NCBI GenBank assembly: GCA_000004695.1
Contig: CM000153.2
Span: 2,304,001 to 2,368,000 of the forward strand
Source of the DNA: Dictyostelium discoideum
Taxonomy: Eukaryota
Reading direction: 5' to 3'
Length of the DNA: 64,000 nucleotides
The notes beneath the pieces are model-generated. The model was given only the letters and a program-made list of their open reading frames with translations. It had not been told where the DNA came from and made no database searches. Positions 57,299 through 64,000 of this stretch are shown here, one piece after another. Both the position numbers and the translations under genes were made by a program. Each line of letters starts with the position of its first letter. Within the stretch, counting starts at the first letter, position 1.

Positions 57299-58276
57299 AT
57301 GAGCTCAATTACAAAAAGAGATAAGGTTATAATTGGATCAAGAAAATCTCAATTAGCAATGCTTCAAACAGAATGGGTTAGAGATAGAATTCAAGAATTA
57401 AATCCCGGTATTATAGTTGAAATTAAAACAATGGATACAACAGGTGATAAAGTATTGGATGTATCACTTTCAAAGATTGGTGATAAAGGTTTATTTACAA
57501 AGGAATTGGAAGATATGATGTTAAATGGTACAATTGATTTAGCAGTTCATTCATTAAAAGATATACCAACAAAATTACCAGATGGATTAAAATTAGGAGC
57601 CATCACTAAAAGATATAATACATCAGATGCATTCATTGCCAATGCTAAAAAGCATGGAAAGAATTGTAAATTATCAGAGTTACCACAAGGTGCAATGATA
57701 GGATCATCCTCATTGAGAAGGGTTGCACAATTGAAGAAAGCATATCCACATTTACAATTCAAAGATATTAGAGGTAATTTAAATACCCGTTTTAAGAAAT
57801 TAGAAGATGATTCAAATGGATATGATGGTATGATTTTAGCAGTTGCAGGTTTAGAAAGAATGGAATTAACCGACCATATCTCTGAGATCATTCCAGATTC
57901 AATTTCATTATATGCAGTTGGTCAAGGTTCGTTAGGTATTGAATGTAAAGATGGTGATGATTTCATTCAATCAATTTTAAATCCATTAATTCATCGTGAA
58001 TCAATGTATTGTTGTGAAGCTGAACGTTCAATGTTAAGAGATTTAGAAGGTGGTTGTCATGTACCAATTGGTGTTGTCACAAAATTACACAATCAATCGC
58101 AACCTGATGAAACTTTAGAAATTAATGCTATAGTTTTAAATTTAGATGGTTCAAAATATATTGAATCTAAAATTATTGGTCCATCAATTCAATATTATCA
58201 ATTAGGTAAATCAATTGCTCAAGATTTAATTAATAAAGGTTCAAAAGATATTTTATCCGAATTTATTAAAAAATAA
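57299..58276 (+). CDS. hemC: Porphobilinogen deaminase (hydroxymethylbilane synthase), single exon, 325 aa
   Basis: Family signatures: IGSRKSQLAMLQTEWV, ELEDMMLNGTIDLAVHSLKD, SSSLRRVAQL, RGNLNTRFKKLEDD..YDGMILAVAGLERM, AVGQGSLGIEC, and the cofactor-binding Cys in LEGGCHVPIG. Confidence 0.9.
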   Translation: MSSITKRDKVIIGSRKSQLAMLQTEWVRDRIQELNPGIIVEIKTMDTTGDKVLDVSLSKIGDKGLFTKELEDMMLNGTIDLAVHSLKDIPTKLPDGLKLGAITKRYNTSDAFIANAKKHGKNCKLSELPQGAMIGSSSLRRVAQLKKAYPHLQFKDIRGNLNTRFKKLEDDSNGYDGMILAVAGLERMELTDHISEIIPDSISLYAVGQGSLGIECKDGDDFIQSILNPLIHRESMYCCEAERSMLRDLEGGCHVPIGVVTKLHNQSQPDETLEINAIVLNLDGSKYIESKIIGPSIQYYQLGKSIAQDLINKGSKDILSEFIKK

Positions 58277-58419
58277 AATAATTTAACATATTTAAAAAAA
58301 AAAATAAAAAAATAAAAAAATAATAATTTATTAAGTAAATAGAGAGTTATTATTATTATAGTATAGTAAAATATATTTTTATTATTTTATTTTTATTTAT
58401 TATTATTTTGTTTAAGAGT

Positions 58420-61400
58420 TTATTTTACTAATGGTAAACGATCATAAGATAAAATTGAAGATAACCATCTTTCAGCTTCTTCTTTGGTGATTTGTTTTCT
58501 TGATGCATAAGATTCGATTTGTTCTTTAGTGATTTTACCAACAGAGAAATATTTAGCATGTTCATGAGAGAAATAAACACCACAAACTGCAGCACCAGGT
58601 AACATTGCCATATGATCGGTTAATTCGATAGAGGTATTTTCATTTACATTCATTAATGACCAAATGGTTTTCATTTCAGTATGATCTGGTTGAGCTGGAT
58701 AACCTGGAGCTGGACGAATACCTTTATATTTAATTTTGAATAAATCTTCATTTGATAATGCTTGATCCTTTTCATAGGCCCAATGTTCTCTTCTAACATC
58801 TTCGTGAACAGCTTCTGCCAATGCCTCTGCTAAACGATCAGCCAATGCTTTAGCCATGATACTTGAGTAATCGTCATTCTCTTTTTTATATTTTTCAACC
58901 ATATCTTCTAAACCAAAACCAGAACTAACAGCGAATAAACCAATGTAATCCTTTACACCCGATGAAACTGGTGCGATATAATCACCGATGGCAATGTATG
59001 GTTCATCAGTTTCCTTTTCATTTTGTTGACGAAGACCAAAGAGTGTTGCAATTGGTTTGGAACGAGTTTCATCATCATTATGATCGTAGATTATAATATC
59101 CTCATCGATACTATTAGCAGGGTAGAAACCAATTACACCACGAGCATTTAAAAGTTTCTTATCGACAATTTCCTTCAACATGGTTTGAGCATCATCAAAG
59201 AGTTTCTTTGCTTCGGCACCAACGGTTTCATCATTGAAAATACGTGGATAACCACGATTTGGATATTTACCACGTAATTGCCAAGTTACAAAGAATGGAT
59301 TCCAATCGATTTTAGTGACTAATTTCTCCAAGGAATACTCTTTGAAAACTTGAGTACCAAGGAATGTTGGTTTAACAGGTTGAATGGTTTTCCAATTAAC
59401 TTTAACACAATGTTGACGTGCTTTCTCTAAAGAAGTATATTTTCTATCCTTTAGTGAAGCATAATGTTTCTCACGAAGTTCTGCGTATTGCTGTGAAACA
59501 TCCTCTGCGAAAACTTCTTTATTATTTGGATCTAACAATGATTGAACTACAGTTACACTACGTGATGCATCTAAAACATGAACGGTTGGTTGAGAATAGT
59601 GTGGTGAAATCTTAACTGCTGTGTGAATTTGTGAGGTAGTGGCACCACCAATCATTAATGGGATTTTGAATTTAAGTCTTTCCAATTCACTTGCTACATA
59701 AATCATCTCGTCCAATGATGGAGTGATTAAACCTGATAAACCTACAACATCGGCTTTGTTGGCAATGATGGCCTCTACAATCTTTTCACATGGTGTCATA
59801 ACACCAATATCAATGACTTTGTAATTGTTACAACCCAATACAACACCAACGATATTCTTACCGATATCATGTACATCACCTTTAACAGTTGCCAAAACAA
59901 CGACACCGGCATTATCTGGTTCATCTTCTGCTGCTTCATCGTTACCTTTCTCTAAACGTTTTAATCTTTTCTCTTCCTCCATGAATGGAATTAAATGAGC
60001 TACAGCTTTTTTCATAACACGAGCACTCTTGATAACTTGTGGAAGAAACATTTTACCAGCACCAAATAAATCACCAACAACATTCATACCACCCATTAAT
60101 GGGCCTTCAATGACAGATAATGATGATGGTAATGTGTTACGTGCCTCTTCGGTATCTTCAATGATATAAGTGGTGATACCTTTAACCAAAGCATGAGCGA
60201 TTCTTTCAGACACTGGTTTATTTCTCCATTCTTCTACTTCAACATTTGCTTTCTCTGATTTATTATTGGCTTGAGCGTATTCTAATAGTTTTTCAGTTGC
60301 ATCATTGGTACGATTTAAAATTGCATCCTCTACTAATTTCAAAAGATCCTTTGGAATATCATCATAGATTGGTAATGCACCAGCATTAACGATACCCATA
60401 TCCATACCGGCGGCAATTGCATAGTAAAGGAAAGCACTGTGCATAGCTTCACGCAATGGTTCGTTACCACGGAATGAGAAGGAAAGATTAGAAACACCAC
60501 CACTTACACGAGTTAATGGCATCAATGCTTTGATCTCTCTAGTGGCCTCAATGAATTCTACACCATAGTTATTATGTTCTTCTAAACCTGTTGCAATTGT
60601 TAAGATATTTGGATCGAAAATGATATCTTGTGGATAGAAACCAACTTGCTCTGTTAGGATCTTGTATGAACGATAACAAATTCTAACTTTCTCTTCTTTG
60701 CTTGTAGCTTGACCATTTTCATCGAATGCCATAACAACAACGGATGCACCATATTGTTTAACGATTTTAGCTTGTTTAATGAACAATTCTTCACCAACCT
60801 TCAAAGAGATTGAATTGACAATACACTTGCCTTGAACACATTTTAAACCTGCCTCTACAACATCGAAATTACTAGAATCCAACATGATTGGTACCTTTGA
60901 AATCTCTGGTTCTGAGCCAATGAAGAATAAAAACTTTTGAATGGCTGCAACTGCATCAATCATACCTTCATCCATATTGATATCAATGATTTGTGCACCA
61001 GCTTCAACTTGTTGACGAGCAACTGATAATGCCTCTTCGTATTTATTGGCTTTGATTAAATTTGCGAAACGTCTTGAACCAGATACATTACAACGTTCAC
61101 CAACATTTACAAAATTTAATTCCTTTGTGAATACCAATGGCTCCAAACCAGAGAGTGTAGTATTTGGAACAAGTGTTGGAATGGCACGTGGTGCGATACC
61201 CTCAATGGCATTGCAGAATGCACGAATGTGATCTGGAGATGTACCACAACAACCACCTACAATATTTAATAAACCAGACTCGGCAAACTCCTTAATTTGC
61301 TCTGCCATCATCTCTGGTGTTTCATCGTAACCACCAAATGTATTTGGCAAACCTGCATTTGGATAACATGAAACGTAGCATTCTGAACACTTTGAAATAT

Positions 61401-62026
61401 TTTGAAGGAATGGTCTCATCTCTTGAGCACCCAATGCACAATTCAAACCGAATACCATAAGATTTGCACTTGCAACACTTGTATAGAATGCCTCACCTGT
61501 TTGACCACTCAATGTTCTACCACTCTTATCTACGATAGTACCTGAAACGAATACTGGTAATCTTGGTGAATATGTCTTGAAGAATTCCTCAATTGCGAAT
61601 AATGCTGCTTTACAATTGAGTGAATCGAAAACTGTCTCCACCAAAATCACATCAATACCACCCTCAACCAATGCTTCAACCTGTTCGAGATAACCACTTA
61701 CCAATTCATCGAATAATACATTTCTTGCTTCTGGTCTTTCGACTGATGGTGAAATCGAAGCTGTCTTATTGGTTGGACCAACTGCACCACAAACAAATCT
61801 TGGTCTACTTGGATCCTTCTTTGTATACTCTTCACATGCACTCTTGGCTAATCTTGCTGATTCAATATTAATTCTTTTAACTAAATGTTCCATCTTATAA
61901 TCTGCTTGTGAAAATATATTACCATTAAATGTATTGGTTTCAATAAAATCTGCACCTGCTTCAAGATATTTCTAATGAATCAATTATTATAAAAATATAT
62001 TTATATTAATTTATTATTATTTATTA

Positions 62027-62062
<36 letters not shown>

Positions 62063-62575
62063 TATTATTAAACACCACATACACAATGAATTTCCCTAAT
62101 GATATGTGGTTGAGTTAATGATAAAAGATCATTATTACCACCTAATTCATGTGGAAAATCTTTAAATTCTTCACCTCTATAATCATTATCTTTTAATTTG
62201 AATTTTTGAATTTCTGTACCCATAGCACCATCAAGTACCATAATTCTTTCACTCAAAATCTTTCTAATAATACCAAAAGTATCTATTTAATTTTAAATCA
62301 TTCATTTTATTATTATAATAAAAAAATTAGTATAGAAAAATAATAAAAAAAAAATATTTTTTATACATGTGTAGTATGTTTTTTTTTTTTTCAATTTATA
62401 AATAATAAAATTTGGATTTGATTTTATAATTATGATATTGATTTTATTATTTTTATTTTTATTTTTATTATTTACTAATAAAATAATTGATATAATAATA
62501 AAATAAAAGATTTAAAAGATATGTATCTAAATATATATATTTACCAGATTCATTCTTATCATTTGAATTAATCAT
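58420..62575 (-). CDS. metH: Cobalamin-dependent methionine synthase (MetH/MTR), proposed three exons: complement(join(58420..61971,62083..62282,62545..62575)), about 1260 aa
   Basis: All four modules are present: Hcy-binding ([13 protein letters not shown].., [11 protein letters not shown]), pterin-binding, B12-binding ([27 protein letters not shown]) and the AdoMet reactivation domain. Conserved N-terminus [19 protein letters not shown] (compare human ..AILQKRIMVLDGG) lies upstream of the first in-frame ATG of exon 2 and is closed by TAA; this demands a 5-prime exon [10 protein letters not shown]-(G) (donor G|GTAAAT 62544, acceptor atAG 62284/3). Second intron splits IREIHC|[15 protein letters not shown] (donor TGT|GTATGT 62082, acceptor attAG 61973/2). 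Confidence 0.8.
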
Positions 62576-63307
62576 TTTCTTTATTTATTTTACAATTATG
62601 ATGATAATTTGTTGTTGTTGTTGTTGTTGTTTTTGTTGAGGTTGAGGTTTGAAATAAAAAGAAAATCTATATTTGTTGTTGAAAAAAAAAAAAAAATTAT
62701 AATTATAATTGCATAATAAAAAAAAAAAAATATTAGTTTATTTTTTTTCAAATTTATTGTTATTATTATTATTTTTAAAAAAAAAAGTTTTATTTTTTCA
62801 AAGGTTGTAATCTAAGATTAAAGTTTTTTTTTTAACCCCAAGCACAACAATAAAAATAAGACATACATACCAAAAGTGTTTTTTTATTTTTTATTTTTTT
62901 TTTTTTTTTGTGGTTTGACAATAAAAAAAAAAAAAAGTTTTATTTATTAGTAATTAAAATGACAATAAATAAAATTAAAAAAACTACAATTGAATTAATA
63001 TATTTTACTATGTAAAAAAAAAAAATTAATACCAGAAAAAAAATGTGAACAATCGTCTGAAAAAAAAAAAAAAATCTAAAATAGCCGAATTTTTCTTTTT
63101 TTTAAATTTTTTCTTTTTTTTAATTTTAATTTTAATTTTTTAATTAGGTTTTTGTTTTTCCATTTTAATTTTTTTAAAAAAAAAAAATCTTGACTCATTG
63201 AATTGGATTAATTTTTTATAATTTTTAACTCAATTAAAAAAAACCCAAAATTCCATCCAAAGCAACCTAATTATGTTTTTTTTACCAGGTTATTGGTTTA
63301 ATTAAAT

Positions 63308-63352
<45 letters not shown>

Positions 63353-64000
63353 AAATTTATTAAAAAAAATGAAATAAATAATTAAAATAAAAAATATACC
63401 ATAAAAAATTAATATATAGTTTTTTTTTTTTTTTTTATCATTTGTAAAGGAATTTTAATTTACAATCCTTTTTTTTTTTATTCTCGCACTAAAATATTAT
63501 AAGGATTAATTAATTTCAAAAAATTATTATCAATTAATATTTATTAAAAGAAGATATTTCGGAATTTATTTTTGTTTATGGTGTTTTAATCTCGAATATT
63601 GATTTTTAGGAAGTATAAAAACATTTTTTTTTTTTTTTTTTGAGTGTCCATTTGTTCTCACATACATTCATATCTAATTATATATTTTTATTTTCATTTT
63701 TAATTTTAATTTTTTTTTTTAATTTTTTTATTATATGTCTTTTTTATATAAAATGTAGATTACAACCTGCCCCAATCAATTAATTGGTGATCAAAATTAA
63801 TTAATTTATAAAATAATAATAAAAAAATAAAAAAAAAAAATAATAATAATAATAAAAAAAAAAAAAAAATAATAATAATAAAAATAATAATAATAAAAAT
63901 AATAATAAAAAAATAAATATTAATAGTTGTAAAAAAAAATATTATTTGAAATAAAATTTTGTATAGACATACACAAATAAGTGTTTTTTTAAAAAATATT

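Overview
This window is AT-rich (roughly 75-80% A+T) eukaryotic nuclear DNA with the hallmarks of a dictyostelid social amoeba, most plausibly Dictyostelium discoideum or a close relative. Supporting evidence: long poly(A)/poly(T) and (TAA)n/(TTTA)n intergenic tracts, in-frame CAA/AAT runs coding polyQ/polyN, short AT-rich GT...AG introns (mostly 80-260 bp), and lineage-typical families (FNIP repeats, Tiger IPT/TIG, frizzled/smoothened-like, expansin-like). Some ORF-track entries begin at TTG/GTG and are reported as M; those are not true starts. I reconstructed about 24 protein-coding genes on both strands, most with 1-4 introns. Several are absent or truncated in the simple ORF track because of introns: PIG-F, COX6B, the first exons of MetH, PRPS, PMI, the kinase and Mrd1, and a secreted S/G-repeat protein. 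Strong homology calls: a CaMK-like kinase, a WD40 protein, Mrd1/RBM19, PIG-F, ribose-phosphate pyrophosphokinase, a Fsl 7TM receptor, an expansin-like protein, a MAGE/Nse3 protein, a tandem-SCP2 protein, mannose-6-phosphate isomerase, a PLD/cardiolipin-synthase-like HKD enzyme, a SIN1/RIP3-like TORC2 subunit, COX6B, porphobilinogen deaminase and cobalamin-dependent methionine synthase. The most unusual locus is a roughly 1.66k-aa fusion of a Cas4/Dna2-type PD-(D/E)xK nuclease (with a C-x2-C-x5-C iron-sulfur signature) and an Upf1-like SF1B helicase. Other points of interest are a truncated tandem pseudogene copy of a secreted-protein gene, a 27-bp perfect inverted repeat that recurs nearby, mucin-like and WHPSDG tandem-repeat proteins, and several bidirectional promoters. 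I found no tRNA or rRNA genes, no CRISPR arrays and no intact transposon ORFs. All exon coordinates were derived by hand and remain to be confirmed.
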